The notes under the pieces: generated by a model
The model's database searches: none
Told to the model about the DNA's origin: nothing
The model's input: the letters and a program-made list of their open reading frames with translations, nothing else
Program-made: the position numbers and the translations under genes
NCBI GenBank assembly: GCA_035344155.1
Contig: DAORAL010000018.1
Span: forward strand, 17,565 to 81,564
Direction: 5' to 3'
Origin: Phycisphaerae bacterium
GTDB taxonomy: Bacteria > Planctomycetota > Phycisphaerae > UBA1845
Length of the DNA stretch: 64,000 nucleotides
In this document: positions 47,252 to 55,337 of the stretch, piece after piece
How positions within the stretch are numbered: the stretch's first letter is position 1
Layout of the letters: each line of letters begins with the position of its first letter

Positions 47252-48464
47252 TACCGCGATCCTTTTCGGCGGCTGAATCCGACTGACCCATCAGTCCTTC
47301 GATGATGCTGCGGTCGGCCTGCACCGGTTTGGTGGGGCCGACTGGACTGGTGGATGGGGTTGCTTCCTCGGAAGATTGACCCGGTTCGTGCGCCGGCTGC
47401 TTGGGCTTGGTGAGTTCATCAAGCACTTTCTGTGAAGGTTTGGGTGCCACTGATTCCGGAGAGGCCATCGGGACCGGCTCCGACTTGACCTCTTTATCCG
47501 CAGCTTGAATGAGCGATTGAATCAACGTGCCACCGTCGTCGGTCGCGGCTCCTAAAAACTCAGGAATAGCACCCGCCTGACCGGCCCCTGACGTTTCAAC
47601 CTTGGCGGCTTGGGCGTCTTCGACGATTTTGAGAAACAGGTTTTCAAGTCGGCCTGTGGGTACGCTGACTTCGATTGACTTCGATTCGCGGCGTTCGACG
47701 ACTGATTTGATTTCTTCAATCGTGTCGGTGCGCAGTTTGTCGGCGCGGATTTGCGTCACGTCTTTTTGCGCGAGCAGTTCTTTGATCGTGCCTTCCGCCT
47801 GAACCTTGCCGCCATAAAGAATACAAACGCGATCGCAAACATCCTCCACATCGGCGAGCAGGTGGCTGCTCAAGAGAATCGTCTTGCCCATGTCACCCAG
47901 ACGACGAATGACGTCTTTGATCTGTCTTGTTCCGATGGGGTCGAGTCCCGAAGTCGGCTCGTCCAACACGAGGAATTCCGGATCGTTGATCAGCGCCTGA
48001 GCCAACCCGATGCGACGGGCCATACCCTTGGAATATTCGCCGATGCGCCGTTTGGATTCGTGCTGCAACCCGACCATATCGAGCAGCATGTCGCGGCGTT
48101 CGCGGCGGACTTGGCCATGCTGGCGAAACAGGCGTCCGTAAAAATCCAAGGTCTCGCGTGCGTCGAGGAACCGATAGAGATACGACTCCTCGGGCAGGTA
48201 TCCGATGCGCTGTTTGATGGCGACATCCGTCGGCGGGCGCCCGAAGATCGAGATTCGTCCCTTGGTCGGATACAGCAATCCAAGCAGCATCTTGATCGCC
48301 GTGCTCTTACCCGAACCGTTTGGACCCAACAGGCCAAACACTTCACCCGGTTTGATCTCGATGTTGAGGTTCTGAACCGCGGAAACGCGCGGGCGACGCC
48401 AGAAGTCTTTGAAGACTTTGTTAAGCCCGACGGTTTGAACCACTGGAAGGGATGCTTTGCTCAT
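47244..48464 (-). CDS. ABC transporter ATP-binding protein with low-complexity C-terminal tail
   Basis: GLLGPNGSGKST (Walker A), YSKGMARRIGLAQAL (signature variant), FLVLDEPTSGLD (Walker B), SSHLL. About 110-aa Pro/Ser/Glu-rich tail. ATG 48464; TTG 48497 is possible. Confidence 0.9.
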   Translation of the reverse strand: MSKASLPVVQTVGLNKVFKDFWRRPRVSAVQNLNIEIKPGEVFGLLGPNGSGKSTAIKMLLGLLYPTKGRISIFGRPPTDVAIKQRIGYLPEESYLYRFLDARETLDFYGRLFRQHGQVRRERRDMLLDMVGLQHESKRRIGEYSKGMARRIGLAQALINDPEFLVLDEPTSGLDPIGTRQIKDVIRRLGDMGKTILLSSHLLADVEDVCDRVCILYGGKVQAEGTIKELLAQKDVTQIRADKLRTDTIEEIKSVVERRESKSIEVSVPTGRLENLFLKIVEDAQAAKVETSGAGQAGAIPEFLGAATDDGGTLIQSLIQAADKEVKSEPVPMASPESVAPKPSQKVLDELTKPKQPAHEPGQSSEEATPSTSPVGPTKPVQADRSIIEGLMGQSDSAAEKDRGNG

Positions 48465-48492
48465 GGCACCGGTGCGTTTCTCAAGTGACGGC

Positions 48493-48537
48493 TTCAAGCC
48501 TTTTCAAATCAAGCTTTCAAGCCTTTTCAGTTCAAGC
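48493..48537. repeat. 23-nt tandem direct repeat x2 in the intercistronic gap between the third SPFH gene and the ABC ATPase gene
   Basis: TTCAAGCCTTTTCAAATCAAGC t TTCAAGCCTTTTCAGTTCAAGC (20/22 identical). Confidence 0.8.
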
Positions 48538-48583
48538 TGTTTCCGTTTGCGAATCGATCCAAACCGGAAGCATTCGTCTGCGC

Positions 48584-49900
48584 TTACGGCATAACCGTGT
48601 GAAGTTGCTTCTCGGGCTCAAACTTATAGCCTTGCGATTCCTTCTTAAGCCGGTCAGCTTCATCGCGGGCCGCCTGCTCAGGATCGGGTTCGATGTGAAT
48701 CCGCAACTCGTCGGCGCTACCGGCCACAAAGTGCTTGGTTAACCCGCTCTGCTGCAAGACCCGCTGCTTGGTCTGTTCCCACAAGCGATGCACCAACAAA
48801 TCGGGCGACTCAAGATACTCGTCCATCACGGCGAGGTACTGATCGACATCGCCATTGATCTGCTGGACAACCTGCGTGTAGTACCCGCGAGCCATCCGAA
48901 TACGCTGACCGGCTGCACCCGATGCCTCGTTTTCCAGTATGTTGTCAATCTCGGATTCGAGTGCGGATTGTGCGGATTGATCGTTTGCTTCGATCGCCGC
49001 ATCGAGTCGGTCGAGCAGTCCGATATGTCGCGTGCCATCCTTATCGACGTAGGTGGTCAGCTCTCGCCAAGCCGTTCCGGCTGTCGCGTTGAGTAGCTTG
49101 ATGCGTTCTTGCTGCGCTTCCTGCACCGACTTGTCACGATCGCTTTGGGCTTTGGCGACGTTGTCGAAAGCGCTCATGGTTGGTCCTGGGACCGATGAGT
49201 GCGGGATGTCGAGCGCAACAACGCTGACGCCCGTATCCAACGCATCGAGCCGTTCGTTCACGACCGCCCGAACCTTTAAAGCAACCTCGGTTGTCGATCC
49301 TCGGGTGACATCCTCTGCCGTATAGTTTGCAACCATCGCAATCGACGCATCATCGAGCAGGGACGTGATCAACGCTTGCACTTCGTTGGTCGATTCGTCA
49401 CCAACGTTCAGCACGTATTTGCTGATGTCGTCAACCCGATACTTGACGTCCCATTGGATGTGAACGATGCCGTTGTCTGCGGTCAAAAGGGAGCCATCGA
49501 GCGCAGGGTTGAGAATGCCGCCGGCGCGAACCTGGCTCAGCGGATCGTTGATCTGCGTTTCCTTGACATCCGGCCACAGATTCAAGCTGCGAAATGCATT
49601 GTTCTTCTTGGTCGCGAAGATCAACGTTTCCTCAATCGGATATGGGAAAGCGATCGACGCGCCCGATGGTCGTACGCGGTGCAGTTTGCCAAAGCGAAAG
49701 ACGACGGCTTCGGAGTCCTGATCAACGATTCGCACGCCGCTGAATGCATACAGCACCACAAGGATGACCATGACGAACTTGAGGATATTGAAACTCGCCC
49801 GCATGGCATCCGCGAGGGACTGGTTGGCCGCGTCGAGCGGTGCCTCCCCAGGTAGATCGCCTGCCGGTGGGTGATGATGATGGTGATGCGAGTGGGCCAT
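48584..49900 (-). CDS. SPFH/band-7 (HflK-like) membrane protein with natural N-terminal hexa-His
   Basis: 438 aa. MAHSHHHHHHPP, TM FNILKFVMVILVVLYAF, SPFH core IVDQDSEAVVFRFGKL...VHIQWDVKYRVDDISKYV...GVSVVALDI, coiled-coil tail. Confidence 0.85.
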   Translation of the reverse strand: MAHSHHHHHHPPAGDLPGEAPLDAANQSLADAMRASFNILKFVMVILVVLYAFSGVRIVDQDSEAVVFRFGKLHRVRPSGASIAFPYPIEETLIFATKKNNAFRSLNLWPDVKETQINDPLSQVRAGGILNPALDGSLLTADNGIVHIQWDVKYRVDDISKYVLNVGDESTNEVQALITSLLDDASIAMVANYTAEDVTRGSTTEVALKVRAVVNERLDALDTGVSVVALDIPHSSVPGPTMSAFDNVAKAQSDRDKSVQEAQQERIKLLNATAGTAWRELTTYVDKDGTRHIGLLDRLDAAIEANDQSAQSALESEIDNILENEASGAAGQRIRMARGYYTQVVQQINGDVDQYLAVMDEYLESPDLLVHRLWEQTKQRVLQQSGLTKHFVAGSADELRIHIEPDPEQAARDEADRLKKESQGYKFEPEKQLHTVMP

Positions 49901-49969
49901 AAAACTTGCCTTCTATAGAGTCGCCTGAATCGAATCCTTAACTTCGATTACAAGAGCATGGAACCGCGA

Positions 49970-50905
49970 TCAGTTCGCAGCCGCCGCGTTCGATTTCTCA
50001 ATTCTTGTGTCCTCGTTCCAAAGATTGAACGGTTGAATCTGCGTATCGAGGAAAATTTCCGCACGATTCTGGAGGATCAACTCAATCGAGCGCAGCTGGT
50101 CCAGGAAGATTCGAAGTTCTTCATGCCCTTCGAATTTTTTGTAAATCTCGCCGACTTGGGCCAGGCCTTCGCTTTCGATGCGGGCGGCTTTGCGCTCGAC
50201 CATCGCCATGATCCGACCGCTTGCCGCCTGAGCTGCCGCTTTGATTCGCGTGCCTTCGGCGTCGCCTTCCGAGCGGTACTTGTCGGCTTTAACTTCCTGC
50301 GTCTTCTTCATGGTTGTGAAGACTGCCTGCGTGACGTTGGCAGGAAGGGCCAACTGCTTGATGCCGAACATGCAGATTTCGACGCCGAAGTCTTTTTGGG
50401 CGTCGGCGGCGATGGCGTCCATCATTTCCTTCTCGATCTCCTGAAGTTTTCGATCCGATGCCTTGGTCGAAACGAAGTCGGAGAAGTTGTGGTTACCGAT
50501 CACCGCCTTCTTAAGGCTGCGAATTCGCGTCCGCAGGGCATCCTCACCCGATTTCACTTCGTTGTATCGTGTGTGGAATTTGTATGGATCGACGATGCGC
50601 CACGTCGCGAACGTGGTCACGATGATCTGCTTGCTGTCGAGCGTGGGGGCTTCCTCAATACGACCCTCCAGCAGTCGCAGGCGCGTGTCGTACTTGACGA
50701 CGCTCTGGATCGGCCAAGGCCACTTGAGATTCAATCCGGCGAAGAAGCTTGAGTCTTCATCGTCGATGCGAATCGGTTTTTCGCTGGCGTTGCCAAAGGT
50801 CTTCTTGATCGCCACTTCTGTTGACCGAACCTGAAACGTACACCAGTACATCAGCAGGATGGCCATCAGCAGGACGGCGGCAATGATCGATGGAGTGTTT
50901 TTCAT
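49970..50905 (-). CDS. SPFH/band-7 (HflC-like) membrane protein
   Basis: 311 aa. N-terminal TM IIAAVLLMAILLMYW. FQVRSTEVAIKKTFG, LKWPWPIQSVVKYDTR, ATWRIVDPYKF, GVEICMFGIKQLALP. Ala/Glu/Lys coiled coil. Confidence 0.85.
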   Translation of the reverse strand: MKNTPSIIAAVLLMAILLMYWCTFQVRSTEVAIKKTFGNASEKPIRIDDEDSSFFAGLNLKWPWPIQSVVKYDTRLRLLEGRIEEAPTLDSKQIIVTTFATWRIVDPYKFHTRYNEVKSGEDALRTRIRSLKKAVIGNHNFSDFVSTKASDRKLQEIEKEMMDAIAADAQKDFGVEICMFGIKQLALPANVTQAVFTTMKKTQEVKADKYRSEGDAEGTRIKAAAQAASGRIMAMVERKAARIESEGLAQVGEIYKKFEGHEELRIFLDQLRSIELILQNRAEIFLDTQIQPFNLWNEDTRIEKSNAAAAN

Positions 50906-50975
50906 CTTTTGCTTCCCCGCGATTCGAATTCAGTTCGAACGCGTGATCCAGATAGAGAGTTAATTCGTTTCAATG

Positions 50976-53123
50976 TCATTGAGTATCAATATCAATGGTG
51001 CCGGTCTGCGGCTTGTCATAGATGACGATGACGTTCTTTTTCGGATCCGTGACGACCACGTACTTACGAATTTGCGCAAGCGATCGTTGGAGCATGTCGA
51101 GGTACTTGCGCACCTTGTAAAGTCGCGGCGCGGATTGATACGCCGCGATCTCCGCACTGAACACGGTCAGTTTTCGCTTGGCCTCTGTCACTTCGGCGAG
51201 GATTCGCGCCTGAATCTCCGCGATTCGTGAGGCGGCTTGTCCACCGGCAGGCACGATCCCGTTTTCCGTTCCGACCGAACCCATCAGTAATTCGTCAACG
51301 CGATCAATCGACGCCTGGATCTGCTCGGGGGTGGAGGTCGCATCTTGCGAAATGCGGTCCATTTCAAGAATCGCCCGGTCGAGTCGAAGGGCGCGATTGC
51401 GGCTGCCTGCAACGGTCGTCAGAATGACTTCAGCCTGCCCGCGGGCCTCTTCAATGAAGGCGTCCTTTTCCATTTCCGCTTTGACGACTTCCTGGAATGC
51501 CTTGGCCACATCGTCGGTGGGGTGCGCTTCCTGAACGCCGCAGAAGAGAATCTCAACGCCGATACCCAGTTCATCCGCCCGCTGTTGAAGGATGCGATGG
51601 AGCGTCTTGTTGACCTCGGTGCGGCCCGGGCCAATGATCCGGTCAACGTCTACGCTGGCGGCATAGTCGGTCAGGACCTGATAGGCGATTGCCTCGACCA
51701 AACGTTCGGGCTCGTAGTATTCATAAAGATATTCGTGAAGATCTTTGACGCGGTATTGGATGTTGACCGAGACCATCAGCAGCCCGACCGCGACAGCTTT
51801 GCCTTCACTTCCGGGATCACTTTCGACGCTGTTTGCGTCTTCGGCGTCAACATCGACGTCGGCATCGGAATCGAAATTGGTGATATCGGGGCTGGCGACG
51901 ACCAACATCATCTCTGCGTTGAACTCGTGCTTCTCGCCCCAGAGGATCGGTTTCTCGCGCAACTTCCCTTTGACCAACTCGGTGTTGGTTTCCTTGTCCT
52001 GATCCACGGATGATCCAACCGTCAATGTCCGCACGCGGTCCACCCGGGCGCGATAGACTTTGTCGATTGGCCAGGGGCACTTGAAATGCAAGCCGGGGGA
52101 GAGCACCTCGTCACTGCTTTGGAGGCGGTGTCCGAATCGCTCGATCACGGCTTGTTCGTCGGCGTCCACGAATACGATGGTCGACAGGGCGATCAGTGCA
52201 AACACACCAAACGCGAGCATCGGCGCCATCGCCCGTTGGAGCAGTTCGTAGAACCAGGTCTTGCTGACTTCAAATCCGAATTGATAGTTGATCGCGTCGG
52301 CCAGCGACCGGGCAATTCCGCCCGTTTCGGTGATCAGCGCCAGCAGGCGACTGTCGAATGCCGGCCTGCTTTCCTGCCCGATGGTCCTCGGGCGGTAGAA
52401 GTCCAGAATGAAGTTGGCGATGAACTCGATACCCAGGACCAGCAGGGTGATGCGAATGATGTAGGTGACGATCGCTTCGGGGTTGGGCAGGTCACGTCCC
52501 TGAAGCGCGATGGCAATCAAAACGAACAGGCACGCCAACGCGTTCCCAGCAAGGAAACTCGCTCCGGAGCGAAGCATTCGCCAACCGGGCATGCGGGCCA
52601 TTCCTGCCGTATATCGCGAAAACAAAAACGACAGGAACCCGATCCCGCCGACAAACGCCATCGCCGGTCCCGAGTATTGCGTTTCATTCCACTTACCGCT
52701 GAGCGGGGTTCCGAAATCCCAATCCCAGGCCCAGATCGACGCACCGATATGGTAGAGCGCGACAAACAGCGCAGCTGTCGGTACCACCCAACGCAGAATC
52801 CACGCGAGCCGTTTTCTTTCGATCAGGTAGGCTTCGTCTTCGGTGTCGAAGATTGCGCCGACACCTTCTTGCGAACGGGAACGTTTGAGTTCTTCAGCTT
52901 CGAGCCGTTCCTTGGCCGTTCGACGACGCTGGCTGTAGACGATGGAGATAACCGGCCAAATGATCACGCCGCCCAGCATGAAACGTGCCGTCGCAAGAAT
53001 GACATCGGATTTGCAAATCCTTCCGACGACAAACATCACGATAAAGAAGGTCGCCTGGAAGATGAATCCGACGAGGGCGGTCAGTTGGGCACGCCGGTCT
53101 TTTAATACAGAAGAATCACTCAT
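50976..53123 (-). CDS. Polytopic membrane domain fused to an SPFH/band-7 (HflK-like) domain
   Basis: 715 aa. About 330 N-terminal residues with about eight hydrophobic helices, then VFVDADEQAVIERFGHRL...PGLHFKCPWPIDKV...VSVNIQYRVKDLHEYLY...GIGVEILFCGVQEAHP and a coiled-coil tail. Confidence 0.85.
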   Translation of the reverse strand: MSDSSVLKDRRAQLTALVGFIFQATFFIVMFVVGRICKSDVILATARFMLGGVIIWPVISIVYSQRRRTAKERLEAEELKRSRSQEGVGAIFDTEDEAYLIERKRLAWILRWVVPTAALFVALYHIGASIWAWDWDFGTPLSGKWNETQYSGPAMAFVGGIGFLSFLFSRYTAGMARMPGWRMLRSGASFLAGNALACLFVLIAIALQGRDLPNPEAIVTYIIRITLLVLGIEFIANFILDFYRPRTIGQESRPAFDSRLLALITETGGIARSLADAINYQFGFEVSKTWFYELLQRAMAPMLAFGVFALIALSTIVFVDADEQAVIERFGHRLQSSDEVLSPGLHFKCPWPIDKVYRARVDRVRTLTVGSSVDQDKETNTELVKGKLREKPILWGEKHEFNAEMMLVVASPDITNFDSDADVDVDAEDANSVESDPGSEGKAVAVGLLMVSVNIQYRVKDLHEYLYEYYEPERLVEAIAYQVLTDYAASVDVDRIIGPGRTEVNKTLHRILQQRADELGIGVEILFCGVQEAHPTDDVAKAFQEVVKAEMEKDAFIEEARGQAEVILTTVAGSRNRALRLDRAILEMDRISQDATSTPEQIQASIDRVDELLMGSVGTENGIVPAGGQAASRIAEIQARILAEVTEAKRKLTVFSAEIAAYQSAPRLYKVRKYLDMLQRSLAQIRKYVVVTDPKKNVIVIYDKPQTGTIDIDTQ

Positions 53124-53987
53124 GATGTCAGAATGCGTTTCTCGCTTTTTGACAGCGTTGGGACAGTGGTGCGCCCATCAGGGGCACCTCACAATCATTT
53201 CTACGGAATCCACGAACCCGCCGAACCGGACACCTGCCACCTCGTTTGCGGTTTGCTTGCCCCATGTCGGTGCCCTGAAGTTCTGTTCGTGCCCTGAGGT
53301 TCTGGCACGACCGACGCTGGTTGGGGCACGACCATACCGACCGGGGCGGGGGAGCTTACCGCAATTACAGCCCATTGCCAAGCTTGCACGCCCATCCGAT
53401 CACGCATGCAATCACCTGTGCATAACCGACTTACGATGCCCAAAGACTGCCCGCCATACCACCTTGAGGGCGGGTTTGCCAACCGGGCATTCACGACGAT
53501 GCCACAGTGAGCGGGCGCCTCATGGTCACCGGTTATCAAATGCGCAAAAGATCAACAGCCTGCCAGGACAGCAGGTAGGAATCGAAAGGACTGCACGGGG
53601 ACAGCAACGACAGCTCGCACACTACCCAAATTCCCGCAATCGCACAATTCCGAATCTTCAGAACCCTGCCAGGCGTTCAATGCCAAGCCTTCGAAACCTG
53701 GGCCTGAAATCGGAACCGTTGCCCAACCAACTTGGAATTCGGGCTCTCTCTCTGCCTACGCATCCTGCTCAAATCAACCGCGACCACCTTCAAGGCGCAA
53801 CATCACCGCAGTTTTCACGGTTACAGGAGGTACGATCCACCACGCGAAACGGTTCAGAGAATTTCTGATATTCTTATTCGCAAGCTCAGGATGGCCCCCG
53901 GGGGCAGCTGATGGATCATGGATTGTGCCCCGTGTGTCTGGACGTCGATCCGGTCGTTTCCTATGCTCTCAAAGCTGTACAACCCAA

Positions 53988-54018
53988 AACCACAAAGGAT
54001 CAGAACCACAAAGGATCA
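53988..54018 (+). promoter_or_regulatory. Perfect 15-nt direct repeat AACCACAAAGGATCA x2 (16-nt period) just upstream of the ABC-2 permease start; possible CsrA/translation-control site
   Basis: 53988-54002 and 54004-54018 are identical. Each carries a GGA core in the context ACAAAGGATCA. ATG at 54027. Confidence 0.3.
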
Positions 54019-54026
54019 TCTGCCCC

Positions 54027-54992
54027 ATGATGAAAATGCTGGCCATCACGATCACGACTTTCACCGAGACGGTGCGTCAACCGATCTTCGGGATCGTGCT
54101 GCTCGCGACATTGCTGCTGATGCCCCTCAATGTCGGGTTGGCGGCGTTTACCCTCAAAGACGACAACAAGCTCCTCATGGAACTCGGGCTGTCGACCCTC
54201 TTGCTGAGCGGGTTGTTTCTAGCTTCCTTTAGCGCGTCTTCCGTATTGACCCGTGAAATTGAGAACAAGACCGTTCTGACGGTGGTGAGCAAGCCCGTCA
54301 GCCGGCCCGTATTCCTGATGGGAAAATACGTCGGTTTGATCCTGGCGTTGGCGCTTGCGTTCTATATCGGGTTCCTTGGTTTCTTCATGTCGGTGCAGCA
54401 CAAGGTCCTCGAAAGCAGTGCCGACGAATGGCATTGGCCCGTACTCGTCTTTGGCCCCGGTGCGATGATGGCCGTCTTTGTCATCGCCGGTATTCTAAAC
54501 TTCTTTCGAGACAAGCCTTTTGTCGCAACCGTCTACAAACTGGGGACGCCGCTTCTGACCTTTGGCGCAATCGCCATTTGCTTCCTCGGGCGCTCGTGGG
54601 AAGTGGGGCCGTTCAATCTCGGACCGTTTGGCATTGATATTTTCAAAGCGGCCTTTCTTGTGTTCTGCTCGGTGATGGTTTTGACAGCCGTCGCGTTGGC
54701 AGCGTCGACTCGGCTTGGTCAGGTGATGACTTTGCTGACGTGCGTGTCGATGTTGATGCTGGGCATCATCTCGGACTACCTTCTAAGCCAAGCCGCCCAG
54801 ACGTCGACGTTCGCCCGGATTGCGTATCTGGTCATTCCAAACTTCAGCATCTTCTGGATCATCGACGCGGTTAATGGTGGGATGAACGTACCAGCCAAGT
54901 ATGTGGCGTTGAGTACCGCGTATGCAGCCGGCTTCTCGTTGTCTGCATTGTTCCTGGGGACCGCCCTCTTCCAACGCCGCGAAGTCGGTTAG
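54027..54992 (+). CDS. ABC-2-type transporter permease (no adjacent ATPase)
   Basis: 321 aa from ATG 54027 (MMKMLAITITTFTETVRQPIFGIVLL). Six hydrophobic helices. LTREIENKTVLTVVSKPVSRPVFLMGKY is typical of ABC-2/NosY-like permeases. Confidence 0.8.
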   Translation: MMKMLAITITTFTETVRQPIFGIVLLATLLLMPLNVGLAAFTLKDDNKLLMELGLSTLLLSGLFLASFSASSVLTREIENKTVLTVVSKPVSRPVFLMGKYVGLILALALAFYIGFLGFFMSVQHKVLESSADEWHWPVLVFGPGAMMAVFVIAGILNFFRDKPFVATVYKLGTPLLTFGAIAICFLGRSWEVGPFNLGPFGIDIFKAAFLVFCSVMVLTAVALAASTRLGQVMTLLTCVSMLMLGIISDYLLSQAAQTSTFARIAYLVIPNFSIFWIIDAVNGGMNVPAKYVALSTAYAAGFSLSALFLGTALFQRREVG

Positions 54993-55004
54993 AACACCTT
55001 GGGT

Positions 55005-55131
55005 CCAAACGTAGCGGCGCGACAGCGTCGTCATTCCCGCGCAGGCGGGAATCCAGGGGAAAAACGAAGTCAATCAGGGTGACAACCGGCGCCGGGCTCT
55101 GAAGAGCGTACGAGCAAATCGCTACGCTTGG
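55005..55131. mobile_element. MITE-like copy of repeat family B with terminal inverted repeats
   Basis: Left end CCAAACGTAGCG (55005-55016) and right end CGCTACGCTTGG (55120-55131) are an 11/12 inverted repeat. They flank the core CATTCCCGCGCAGGCGGGAATCC (55032-55054). No ORF. Confidence 0.6.
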
Positions 55132-55337
55132 ATTAAGATCGCTATAGAGCGCCTTCAATTCACCCCAAGCAACGCATCAACACCACCATTCCCGCGCGCG
55201 GAAATCCATGGCAACGCGCCGCCCGTGGGTTGAAATCGAATAAGCCACCCATTCCCGAAGAAGCGCAAACAAAAAAGGCGTGCCCGACAATCGCCAGGCA
55301 CGCCCCGTGATGTTTCTATTCCGTCGGCCAGGACCCA

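Noticed and set aside
52086-53105. 339-aa plus-strand ORF opposite the TM-SPFH gene. Similar shadows lie at 51345-52013, 49958-50752, 47751-48488 and 45404-45844.
   Set aside because: All lie antisense to minus-strand genes with clear SPFH, ABC or TM features, and none has a motif.
53303-53318. TGGCACGaccgACGCT as a sigma-54 promoter for the divergent permease
   Set aside because: GG/GC spacing is correct, but the -12 box is poor (ACGC). It lies about 700 nt from the nearest plus-strand start. It also overlaps the local GGCACGACC direct repeat, which explains the match.
52942-53868. 308-aa plus-strand ORF covering most of the 900-nt divergent spacer
   Set aside because: The first 180 nt are antisense to the TM-SPFH gene. 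The remainder has Arg/Pro/Ser/His/Thr-rich, non-globular composition, with no start context and no motif. Treated as non-coding, but the region is flagged as a finding.
53124-54026. CsrB/RsmZ-like GGA-rich sponge RNA in the 900-nt spacer
   Set aside because: I counted about 14 GGA triplets by eye in about 900 nt. That is what random sequence gives (900/64 is about 14). Only the last ~130 nt show a notable GGATCA clustering, which is reported separately.
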